Source: an uncultured Pseudomonadales bacterium
GTDB taxonomy: Bacteria; Patescibacteriota; Microgenomatia; UBA1400; PJMF01
Assembly (NCBI GenBank): GCA_964620965.1
Contig: CAZUHV010000002.1
Location: 48,863 to 112,862, forward strand
Length of the DNA: 64,000 bases
Direction of reading: 5' to 3'
Shown here: one piece after another, positions 10,901 through 18,487 of the stretch
How positions within the stretch are numbered: the stretch's first letter is position 1
Layout: each line of letters opens with the position of its first letter
The notes under the pieces: generated by a model
What the model was told of the DNA's origin: nothing
Seen by the model: the letters and a program-made list of their open reading frames with translations, nothing else
Database searches by the model: none
Program-made: the position numbers and the translations under genes

Positions 10901-11044
10901 GTTAGCATTTGTGCCATTATGAATTGCGCTAATCTTTTGTGTTGGATTTAAAACCAACATCAAAAATATCGAACAAAAAACTAGAAATACATGTTTAGTT
11001 TTCACTTTATTAACCTTTGTTGACAGTAAGCAATTTACTGTCAA
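7949..11044 (-). CDS. secreted trypsin-like (S1) serine protease with beta/gamma-crystallin-like repeats and three C-terminal fibronectin type III domains
   Basis: N-terminal signal peptide (KVNKVKTKH + VFLVFCSIFLMLVL). Catalytic His in LTAHHC and Ser in GDSGGPL. A Pro-rich linker, then Greek-key-like YxxxNYxG repeats, then three ~90-aa FN3-like repeats (PTPNAPSGLHVTTVGQNSITVAWDDNS... and PTPNAPTDLHKTSSTTTSISVVWNDNS...). Apparent TTG start at 11042-11044. Confidence 0.8.
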   Translation of the reverse strand: MTVNCLLSTKVNKVKTKHVFLVFCSIFLMLVLNPTQKISAIHNGTNANGKYPWMVELTATNESYTNDKFCGGVLIHPDWILTAHHCWRSTSGGAFYTYGSDAVYTAIIGGDHIWNGNVERIQLNGEPITFSGGDLNPGETDLALWKLSRPSSRPPIQIGTPDDISTYIDNHEQFVAMGYGNIGLIQTSNDLLEISFNNLTQSENQDKFVAAVISGRSTCPGDSGGPLVYVKNGQTILGAIISTGSTPFCGYVETMGFQNVPNYKSWIYRTIDPSSYSNCIDNSSVNHSSELLRLFDQTHCNGNIWLTNQVGQEINIGNFTPYSLDIQPGYSVIIYNPQSPPTMSACYSGDLWDMNKDFYPGTHFSIANFVGSVKIIAGSCPTNSPDTPPSPDTQPLPPGPQTGSGGAVKLFQYPNYEGAMLYTFDVGLDNEPNAEGYSMQIPNGWSVITYRDDNMQGMSECWNSNVPNLQDHNDWQTKIQSVFVYNRDVCPTDPPNPTQPPNVQFFSGTGYQGSGPSYYTGFHDHQYFYAGSLSLKTGSSVVLYRIDKRQSVNQAFCFNRSVPNLNAAGWPYQIVGLEVFNFDLCQDPLIETHDYIVYQDEGVQFSNCGGHGPTSAADLTNWCGTNWNDQISSLRIKAGWSIKVWEHANYQGGDKCFSTSMTTFRNDALNNGVSISVGEGDSVISSFAVFDNEYCDGSPEMPQSAWGYSNNNGNLALGQFVMSAEENDNQSITVEWEQSTDSSTQGYHIYEHVDDDFYALVATINSRYTTSWTFNDLPCGTDYHYLVKAFNNWGDSATPNLVAVSTPSCYVEPVWDGAIYLPLVVKPGGSPPPQEGPTPNAPSGLHVTTVGQNSITVAWDDNSTIEDNFEVWYQADGGEWFNPTVAANTESYTVSGLECETQYNFVVRVINWDNGNLYYSESNFISANTNACDPVEGPTPNAPTDLHKTSSTTTSISVVWNDNSNIELEYRLGYKATTSADTFFVYLPANTETYTVTGLDCSLQYEIWVTALNTPYYAHSNNIYVYPSSCQ

Positions 11045-11174
11045 CGATAAAAAAATCGTTTAATTGTTAATGAGCAATCTTTGTTTTTAAGACAAAGACC
11101 TATATTATAATAAATTTTGATATTTTAGTCAAGAAAATTGGTTAAAATACAAAAAATAATGATACAATATTTGT

Positions 11175-11786
11175 ATGGCAAAAAAATCAAAAATTAAAAA
11201 ACAACATATTAAAGTTATAATGTTACTCACTATTGTAGTAACTGTTTTAGCGATTTATTTTGGTCCTCTTTCTAAACCAAAAAAAGAGGTTTCGCAAAAA
11301 AATAGTTTTCAAAATTCAAACGCTGCACAAACATACAGTGGTACATATTTTTCTCTTAAGACTCCAGATAATTAGTATTTTGGTTCAGACATAAACGATG
11401 ACTATGAATGGATTAGAATATCTAGACAACCAGAAAAAAACAATGACAATATTGATGTGTCTAACATAGAAATTGTAGCAAGAAAAATACAAAATAATGA
11501 AACAATTAGCTCAAGAATTTCAGAATTGAACAGGGCAAAAAAAGAATATGAAGTAAATAAATCAGGGTCACTTGAAGATATTGAAAAAATTGAATTCAAA
11601 GGTCCAGAAGCCGTCAGTTATGTAATTCATATTAATATACCAAACGAAGAAATATCTGAAACAAGATCAGTTTCTGTCATTAAAAATGATATCATTTATT
11701 TATTGCGTTTAATATCATACGGAGAAAGTTTAGATCAATTATCAGAAGTTATAACTGAAAATTCTCTAATTTTCGACAATGTATGA
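11175..11786 (+). pseudogene. member of the MAKKS-anchored paralog family, interrupted by a single in-frame TAG (11373-11375)
   Basis: The six-frame ORFs 11175-11375 and 11457-11786 are in the same frame and separated only by one TAG. The N-terminus MAKKSKIKKQHIKVIMLLTIVVTVLAIYF matches the intact paralogs at 13164 and 13955. The C-terminal part (IIYLLRLISYGESLDQLSEVI) aligns with the paralog C-terminus (IVYEIEWILTAKNMNNLENII). Confidence 0.5.
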
Positions 11787-11806
11787 GACTCATTCCAGTT
11801 TACTAA

Positions 11807-12004
11807 ATGATAAAAAAAAATTTATTAGTAATTATTTTTATTGCAATATTAGTTAGTACTTTAGCAATTTTTGTTAAACCAAAATCAGTTAAAAATGAAG
11901 TTTTGACTGATCAATCTATTATTTCAGTTAATAAAGAAAAGACATTTGCAGAATTATCAATGGAAAAAGTTACTCAGAATGAAGACCGATATTATATAAT
12001 ATAA
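11807..12004 (+). pseudogene. 5' gene fragment (65 codons) of the paralog at 13955-14647
   Basis: An 85-bp stretch (11819-11903) is identical to 13985-14069, and similarity continues for about 190 bp. The ORF stops early and has no family -10 box upstream. Confidence 0.45.
11819..11903. repeat. 85-bp perfect direct repeat (copy 1) of 13985-14069
   Basis: Base-by-base comparison of the N-terminal coding sequence (aatttattagtaattatttttattgcaatattagttagtactttagcaatttttgttaaaccaaaatcagttaaaaatgaagttt). Confidence 0.8.
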
Positions 12005-12055
12005 AGACAATCATATCAAGTGAATAAGTGAATAAATGTTTTTAGTAAAGCTAAA

Positions 12056-12556
12056 TTATTTTTTTTTAGAAAGATAACTTTTTGTAAAGATAAAAGTAGC
12101 AATAAATAATATGATAGTATGTAGAACTACAACAGTAAAATTATAATCTGAAAAACTATACTTGGTTAAAAAATGAAAAGTATTCAAATTCTTAGGAGTT
12201 GACGTGAAATAAGACAAAATAGAAATAAATAAAGCAGCAGTGAACAATTTGTAAAAATTTTGTTCTATGAATTTTAATTTTAAAAGAATATTAAAAAATC
12301 CAAAAACTAATACCAACTGAAGAAGTACAACAAGATAAATATTTAAAGTGTCTGAATAGTAATAATAGCCATAATCATATAAAAAAACCGGTTGAGTAAG
12401 ACTATAATGAAAAATAAACATTGTAAACACTCTGAATAATAGTTCATTAATTATTGAGAAAATAAATGTACTAACTAAAATTGATAAAGTATTATTTTTT
12501 TCCATATATTTATCATTGTACCAAAAATTATCATTCAAATATAGAAGATTATTCAT
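12056..12556 (-). CDS. polytopic membrane protein (4-5 TM), island paralog 1
   Basis: 166-aa ORF, strongly hydrophobic and AT-rich. Paralogous to 12628-13113, with the same length class, TM pattern and C-terminal ...FIFTKSY / ...FYFFMNKK. Confidence 0.5.
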   Translation of the reverse strand: MNNLLYLNDNFWYNDKYMEKNNTLSILVSTFIFSIINELLFRVFTMFIFHYSLTQPVFLYDYGYYYYSDTLNIYLVVLLQLVLVFGFFNILLKLKFIEQNFYKLFTAALFISILSYFTSTPKNLNTFHFLTKYSFSDYNFTVVVLHTIILFIATFIFTKSYLSKKK

Positions 12557-12627
12557 TCAATAGCAACTTTTAACCATTCGATAAAAAGATATTTAAATCA
12601 ATTGCAACCTAAAAGATAACGGTAATA

Positions 12628-13113
12628 TTATTTATCATTCTTTTTATTCATAAAAAAATAAAAAGCGAAAAATATTATTAAGACATGAACAACTATTACA
12701 AAGTATGTGATAAAAAATGGTGCAAAGCCAAAAAACAATGTCTCAAAAAAATTTATTTTATAATACGGAGTTGCTGTACCATAAGAAATTATTGAAAGAA
12801 TTGTTGATGCAATGAATATTTGATAGATTTCCCCTTTTTGTTTTATGATTTTTACCAAAATTAAAAAAACAATTATGAAAAATACAAATTGAATAAATAT
12901 AAAGATTGAAAATGGAACATTCGCAAGATTAAAATATAAACGACCATAAAGGCTCTGTGAATAAAAACCAATATCAGGAATTAATGATTCGTAATAATTG
13001 GCAGCATAATAATTCGCAACAACGCGTAAATAATATTCATTCAATAATGATATAAAAAAAGCAATTAGTGCTAAAAAAAATTTTTTAACAAAAGTAAAAT
13101 CATTAGTTTTCAT
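12628..13113 (-). CDS. polytopic membrane protein (4-5 TM), island paralog 2
   Basis: 161-aa ORF. Paralog of 12056-12556. Divergent from the + strand family member at 13164. Confidence 0.5.
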   Translation of the reverse strand: MKTNDFTFVKKFFLALIAFFISLLNEYYLRVVANYYAANYYESLIPDIGFYSQSLYGRLYFNLANVPFSIFIFIQFVFFIIVFLILVKIIKQKGEIYQIFIASTILSIISYGTATPYYKINFFETLFFGFAPFFITYFVIVVHVLIIFFAFYFFMNKKNDK

Positions 13114-13163
13114 ACATGAATAATTATATCAATATCTAACTGAATGAATGTTATAATTTTTAT

Positions 13164-13904
13164 ATGGCAAAGAAATCAATAATTAAAAAACAACATATAA
13201 ATATTATTGTTGTCTTAGCAGTAATACTCACAGGTATAACAATATTTGGAAAGCAATACTTCTCAAAACTGCAATACAATACAAGATTCCATACTTGTAT
13301 TAATCAAGATGGCTCTACTTTTGAAACCACTGAACCATGTGAAAACTATTTACAAAAGGAAGAAACTTCAAATACTACCGTTAGCTTAGATCCTGATAAA
13401 CCAGATTTAGTTACCTTTCAAGCAGGATATTTTGCTGTAAAATATCCAAATAATTGGAATTATGTTGGTCATGATGGTGGTTTAGGAAATTTATTTGAAT
13501 ATCTACAAATAACTGATGTACAAGTCGAAGAAATGTATGATGGAAATCCAAATCTTCCGGCAATAATTTCCATTCAAGCAAATAAAAAAGGATTTTTCGG
13601 TGATTTTATTGGGAATGCTCATTATACGGGAAAATCTCTTGATGAATATATCAAAGATACTCTAAAAGAATTGGGGAACAATTACAAATCAAGAAGAGTT
13701 GATGGAACATCAGGCTGGTTAGTTGAAGAACCATCAGCTGATTGTTGTAAAATAAATATGTATCAATTAGTAATACATAATGACATATTCTATAATATTT
13801 CTTTAAATGTAAATGCATCAAATATGAAGGAGCTAGACGAAAAATCAAAAAAATATAGAAATGATTTTGATACAGTTCTTGATAACTTTAAATTTAATGA
13901 CTAG
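13164..13904 (+). CDS. signal-anchored (type II) surface protein, MAKKS family, with a variable C-terminal domain containing a CC pair
   Basis: MAKKSIIKKQHI + one TM helix, then a 200-aa hydrophilic domain. TATAAT sits 6 nt upstream of the ATG. Confidence 0.6.
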   Translation: MAKKSIIKKQHINIIVVLAVILTGITIFGKQYFSKLQYNTRFHTCINQDGSTFETTEPCENYLQKEETSNTTVSLDPDKPDLVTFQAGYFAVKYPNNWNYVGHDGGLGNLFEYLQITDVQVEEMYDGNPNLPAIISIQANKKGFFGDFIGNAHYTGKSLDEYIKDTLKELGNNYKSRRVDGTSGWLVEEPSADCCKINMYQLVIHNDIFYNISLNVNASNMKELDEKSKKYRNDFDTVLDNFKFND

Positions 13905-13954
13905 AGGTTAAGCATTTAATGAATTTATGACTTATTCTTGGTTACAATAGCTAT

Positions 13955-14647
13955 ATGGCAAAAAAATCAATAATGAAAAAACAAAATTTATTAGTAATTA
14001 TTTTTATTGCAATATTAGTTAGTACTTTAGCAATTTTTGTTAAACCAAAATCAGTTAAAAATGAAGTTTCGGTTGATCACACTACTGTTTCAGTTGATAA
14101 AGGAAAGACTTATGCAGAATTATCAATGGAAAAAGTTTCTCAGAATAAAGACGGAACTAGTACATATAATGGAGATTATTTTTCAACAACTTATCCAGAA
14201 AATTGGTATAAATGGTTTTTTGGTAGGGGAGTAAGTCTTGAAAACTTCCAAGTAAATTCGTTTTCTGAGGATAAAGTAGATGATATCTATGCAGAAGGTT
14301 CTTTCATAACTATAAATGTTGAAACTAAGGATTATAGACCCGTTTCAACATTAGAGGGGAAAATTGATTCTATAGAAGAATTAAAGAAGAATGCAGGTGA
14401 AAATACTAATGTAACATATAAAGTTGGACAATTTAAGTCAACACAAGCGGTTTACTCAGAAATTAAATCAAGTTCACATGGTTCAAAAAATCCAAGTTAT
14501 ATTAACACAATTTGGTTAATTAAAAGTGATATTGTCTATGAAATTGAATGGATATTAACTGCAAAAAACATGAACAATCTAGAAAATATAATATCTAGAG
14601 ATAAACTTGTTCATAATCAAATTGTTAATTCATTTGAATTTAAGTAG
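13955..14647 (+). CDS. signal-anchored (type II) surface protein, MAKKS family, with a divergent C-terminal domain
   Basis: MAKKSIMKKQNLLVIIFIAILVSTLAIFV TM anchor. TACAAT sits 6 nt upstream of the ATG. The C-terminal domain is unrelated in sequence to that of 13164. Confidence 0.6.
   Translation: MAKKSIMKKQNLLVIIFIAILVSTLAIFVKPKSVKNEVSVDHTTVSVDKGKTYAELSMEKVSQNKDGTSTYNGDYFSTTYPENWYKWFFGRGVSLENFQVNSFSEDKVDDIYAEGSFITINVETKDYRPVSTLEGKIDSIEELKKNAGENTNVTYKVGQFKSTQAVYSEIKSSSHGSKNPSYINTIWLIKSDIVYEIEWILTAKNMNNLENIISRDKLVHNQIVNSFEFK
13985..14069. repeat. 85-bp perfect direct repeat (copy 2) of 11819-11903
   Basis: See copy 1 at 11819-11903. Confidence 0.8.
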
Positions 14648-14687
14648 AGAGTCGAACATCAATTCCAATTTTGCTATAATCAGAAGT

Positions 14688-15041
14688 ATGAATATTTTGG
14701 ATTCAATTACATTTTTTTATCATCTTTATGGAGTACTTGTTTTGCTTTTTCTCTTCATATTTTTTGTTGTTTTAACATTTGTAGGGCTCAAGACAAAAAG
14801 AAGAGTAATATTTTTCCCTTCATTATTGATCGTAGTTATTTCCTTACTAATTATGTTTTTTGGTAGAAAATGTTGGTCGAGTGGGTGGGGTGGATTGTCA
14901 GGAATTGGTGATCAATGTACATGTAATGGCTTAGTTGTTAAATTTTATGTACCAAGCCCATTGTTATCGTATCAGTACACATGTTTTGGTATTGTTGAGG
15001 AGCCCGCTGAAATTTTTTCCTCAAGTAAATTTTACAGATAA
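14688..15041 (+). CDS. small two-TM membrane protein with a Cys-containing C-terminal tail
   Basis: ORF from the ATG at 14688 (MNILDS...). Extended -10 TGcTATAAT at 14672-14680, 7 nt upstream. Two hydrophobic helices, then CWSSGWGGLSGIGDQCTCNG...YTCFG. Confidence 0.35.
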   Translation: MNILDSITFFYHLYGVLVLLFLFIFFVVLTFVGLKTKRRVIFFPSLLIVVISLLIMFFGRKCWSSGWGGLSGIGDQCTCNGLVVKFYVPSPLLSYQYTCFGIVEEPAEIFSSSKFYR

Positions 15042-15076
15042 ACAAAGTATTACTTTATCTATAGTATAATGCATAT

Positions 15077-16174
15077 ATGAGAATCGGAATTGATGCTCGG
15101 TTATCAGGCGCTCAACACGCAGGAATCGGCAGATATACACAAAACTTAATTTTAGAATTGCTTAAAAAAAACAAAACCACAACGTATGTTTTGTTTTTCT
15201 ACACTCAAGAACAAGCAGAAGCAGTTTTGGGAACAGAAATTTCAAATAAAAAAGTTGAAATTGTTATTACACCCGTTCGTCATTACACAGTGACAGAACA
15301 ACTCAAGCTTCCAAAACTTTTCAAAGCACAAAAATTAGACTTACTGCATGTACCTCACTTTAATATTCCCATTTTTTATAAAGGTAAATTAATCATTACA
15401 ATTCACGACCTTTTATGGCACGAATACAAGGGTGGTTCTGTTACTACATTAAACCCGGTTATGTATTTCTTAAAATACTTGTTCTATAGATTAGTAACTA
15501 GAATTGCAGTTTACAAAGCAGAAAAAATTATTGTGCCTGCAGAAACTATTAAAAATACTGTTACTAAATTCTATCCAAAAACAGAAGAAAAAATTACAGT
15601 GACAAAAGAAGGTGCATATATTGTTGATCCCAAAAAACTTAAAAACTTACCTCAACTTAAAAACACACTTTTGTATGTTGGCTCACTCTATCCACATAAA
15701 AACTTAAAACTTATTTTGCAAGCATTACCATCACTCCCAAAATATAAACTTTTGATTGCCGGTTCAAGAAACGTCTTTCAAGATAAAGTGAGAGAGTATG
15801 TAAAATATAAACAAATTGAAGAACAAGTAGAATTTCTTGGATATGTCCCAGATGAAGACCTTGCAAAACTTTACCAACAAGTCACTGCACTTGTACAGCC
15901 ATCATTTTCCGAAGGATTTGGCCTAACTGGAGTAGAAGCAATGTCCTTTGGAACTTCTGTACTAGCTTCAGATATTCCTATTTTTAAAGAAATTTACCAA
16001 GATGTAGCCTTTTATTTCAGCCCTCATTCTATTGCATCTTTTATTCAAGCAGTTCATGCCCTTGAACAAAAATCAGATGCACAAAATAAAGAAGGGTTGC
16101 AACTTGCGAAAAACTATTCTTGGGAAAAAATGGCAGAGCAAACAATAGAGTTATATAAAGAAATTTTAAAATAA
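15077..16174 (+). CDS. glycosyltransferase family 4
   Basis: C-terminal EGFGLTGVEAMSFGTSVLASDIPIFKE motif, the GT4 signature. Confidence 0.75.
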   Translation: MRIGIDARLSGAQHAGIGRYTQNLILELLKKNKTTTYVLFFYTQEQAEAVLGTEISNKKVEIVITPVRHYTVTEQLKLPKLFKAQKLDLLHVPHFNIPIFYKGKLIITIHDLLWHEYKGGSVTTLNPVMYFLKYLFYRLVTRIAVYKAEKIIVPAETIKNTVTKFYPKTEEKITVTKEGAYIVDPKKLKNLPQLKNTLLYVGSLYPHKNLKLILQALPSLPKYKLLIAGSRNVFQDKVREYVKYKQIEEQVEFLGYVPDEDLAKLYQQVTALVQPSFSEGFGLTGVEAMSFGTSVLASDIPIFKEIYQDVAFYFSPHSIASFIQAVHALEQKSDAQNKEGLQLAKNYSWEKMAEQTIELYKEILK

Positions 16175-16178
16175 TTTC

Positions 16179-17396
16179 ATGCAACAAAAAAAACCAAAAA
16201 TTGCATTGGTATACGATAGAGTGAACACTCCGTTTGGAGGAGCTGAGATTGTTCTTACCGCCATTCATGAAATTTTTCCAGAGGCTCCAATTTATACTTC
16301 AGTTCATGATAAAAATAAAGCAAAGTGGGCAAAAAAAATCATAATAGTTCCATCTTTTCTGCAAAAAATACCATTTTTTAAAGATAAACACCAACTGCTT
16401 CTACCTTTCATGCCACTTGCTTTTGAATCACTAGATCTATCAGAGTATAACCTTGTTATTTCAATCACGAGCGCAGAGGCAAAAGGAATTCTTACAAAAC
16501 CAAATCAAAAACACATTTGCTATATGCTAACCCCCACAAGATATCTGTATTCTCATGAACAAGAGTATCTTGAAAGCAAAAGCTATCTAAAATTTCCAAT
16601 AATAAAACAACTTGCACAACTTATTTTTAAGTATGTGAAGGAATGGGATAAAACTGCTTGTTACCGTCCAGATACCATTATCCCTATTTCAAATCTCGTT
16701 TCAGATAGAATCAAAAAGTTCTACGATATAAAACCAGAAAAAGTTATATATCCACCTGTTCAAGTTAACTTAACCGAAGCTGAAATTTCAGATATACCAA
16801 CCCTAGAGAATACTCAAAAATTTTACTTAAGTGTCTCTAGGCTTGTAGACTATAAAAAAGTTGATCTGAGCATTCAGGCATGCATAAAAACACAAAAACC
16901 ACTTGTAGTGGTTGGAACAGGAGAATCTCAACAAAAACTGCACTCAATTGCTGGAACCCATGCATGTTTTATGCAAAAAAATGAAACTATCGAAGAGTTT
17001 TTACAACGAGGAACAATAGAAAACAAAAAAATACTATTCACCGGCAAATTAGCACAAAAGGATGTTTACAAACTTTTTAAAAATTGTGAAGCCCTACTCA
17101 TGCCGGGAGAAGAAGATTTTGGAATTACAGCACTTGAAGCAGGAATTTTTGGTAAACCTGTGATAGTATTTTATACAAGTGGTGTTTCTGAATTATTAAA
17201 AGATAGTTTGCACGCCATCCATATTAAAAAAGAAACTGTATCAGAAATGGTATATGCTCTTAGCAAACTCGATCAACTCAAGTTTAATGCAAAAGAACTG
17301 CGCTCTAATGCATTACAATACAGAGTAGACCTGTTTCAAAAAGAGTTTAAAAAAAGAATCGAACAAGAACTGAAAGGACAGTATGTCATATCTTGA
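16179..17396 (+). CDS. glycosyltransferase family 4
   Basis: C-terminal EEDFGITALEAGIFGKPVIV motif and GT-B architecture. Confidence 0.7.
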   Translation: MQQKKPKIALVYDRVNTPFGGAEIVLTAIHEIFPEAPIYTSVHDKNKAKWAKKIIIVPSFLQKIPFFKDKHQLLLPFMPLAFESLDLSEYNLVISITSAEAKGILTKPNQKHICYMLTPTRYLYSHEQEYLESKSYLKFPIIKQLAQLIFKYVKEWDKTACYRPDTIIPISNLVSDRIKKFYDIKPEKVIYPPVQVNLTEAEISDIPTLENTQKFYLSVSRLVDYKKVDLSIQACIKTQKPLVVVGTGESQQKLHSIAGTHACFMQKNETIEEFLQRGTIENKKILFTGKLAQKDVYKLFKNCEALLMPGEEDFGITALEAGIFGKPVIVFYTSGVSELLKDSLHAIHIKKETVSEMVYALSKLDQLKFNAKELRSNALQYRVDLFQKEFKKRIEQELKGQYVIS

Positions 17397-18486
17397 TCAC
17401 ACATTTGCAGTTATCTTAGCTGGAGGAGGTGGAACTAGACTCTGGCCAAAATCCAGAAACAAAACTCCAAAACAATTCCTCAAACTCATTGGAACAGAAA
17501 CAATGATGCAGATTGCAGCAAGCAGAATTACTAAACTCATTCCTTGGGAGCGAGTTATTGTTGTTACAAATGAACTATATAAAGATGAAGTTCATAATCA
17601 ACTTCCAGAAGTGCCTTTGCTAAATATCATCGCTGAACCTCAAAAAAAGGATACTGCATTAGCAATGCTTGTGGGAGCATTATACGCAAAATCATTAGAT
17701 CCAGATGCAGTTTGTGTAAACATGGCATCCGATCATATCCTTACCGATGAGCAAGAGTTTTCTAGAGTTATGAAACATGCAGCACAAACTGCGGCAGAAA
17801 ACGATTACCTCGTTACTGTTGGTATTTTTCCTACAAGACCAGCAACAGGGTTTGGATACATAAAAATTGGTGAAGATCTAAAAAAACTTGGTAACGGATT
17901 ATCCCTTTTTAAGGTTGAGAGCTTTACTGAAAAACCAAACGAGGCAACAGCAAGAGCATTTATTTCTACAGGAAAATATTTCTGGAACGCAAACATGTAT
18001 GTTTGGTCAAGTGCTGTACTACAAAGGGCATTTCAGACTCACATGCATTCTATGTATGAACAAACCAGTAAACTTGATGACCTAAAAGGTAAAGCTTTCC
18101 ATGAGGCTTTGCCAAAAATTTACGAAGCATCAGAATCAATTTCAGTTGACTATGCAATTTCAGAAAAAGCAACTAATCTTGTACTTATTCCTGGAGATTT
18201 TGGATGGGATGATGTTGGTGACTGGAAAGTTGTGTATGATCTTGAGAAAAAGGATCTTGCTGGAAATGTCGTTATCGGAGATGACCCTACAAGAAAAGTT
18301 CTGGCCATTTCTTCTCAAAATAACCTGATTCATGCAGATGGCAAACTAGTTGCAATGGTTGGCGTTAATGACATGATTGTCATTGACACCGGTGAAATTT
18401 TGATGATAATACCAAAGTCTCAAAGCCAAGATGTTAAAAAACTTGTCGAAAGACTCAAAGAAGAAAATCAGAAAGAATACTTGTAA
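17383..18486 (+). CDS. manC: mannose-1-phosphate guanylyltransferase (GDP-mannose pyrophosphorylase)
   Basis: FAVILAGGGGTRLWPKSRNKTPKQF nucleotidyltransferase P-loop. Length and ManC/CpsB-like architecture. Overlaps the upstream gene by 14 nt. Confidence 0.75.
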   Translation: MSYLDHTFAVILAGGGGTRLWPKSRNKTPKQFLKLIGTETMMQIAASRITKLIPWERVIVVTNELYKDEVHNQLPEVPLLNIIAEPQKKDTALAMLVGALYAKSLDPDAVCVNMASDHILTDEQEFSRVMKHAAQTAAENDYLVTVGIFPTRPATGFGYIKIGEDLKKLGNGLSLFKVESFTEKPNEATARAFISTGKYFWNANMYVWSSAVLQRAFQTHMHSMYEQTSKLDDLKGKAFHEALPKIYEASESISVDYAISEKATNLVLIPGDFGWDDVGDWKVVYDLEKKDLAGNVVIGDDPTRKVLAISSQNNLIHADGKLVAMVGVNDMIVIDTGEILMIIPKSQSQDVKKLVERLKEENQKEYL

Positions 18487-18487
18487 T

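Noticed and set aside
11376-11456. Treating 11175-11375 and 11457-11786 as two separate genes with an intergenic gap
   Set aside because: They share a frame and are separated by one TAG only. The second piece would start at a GTG with no promoter or SD. Both halves align colinearly with intact paralogs, so a single interrupted gene is the better model.
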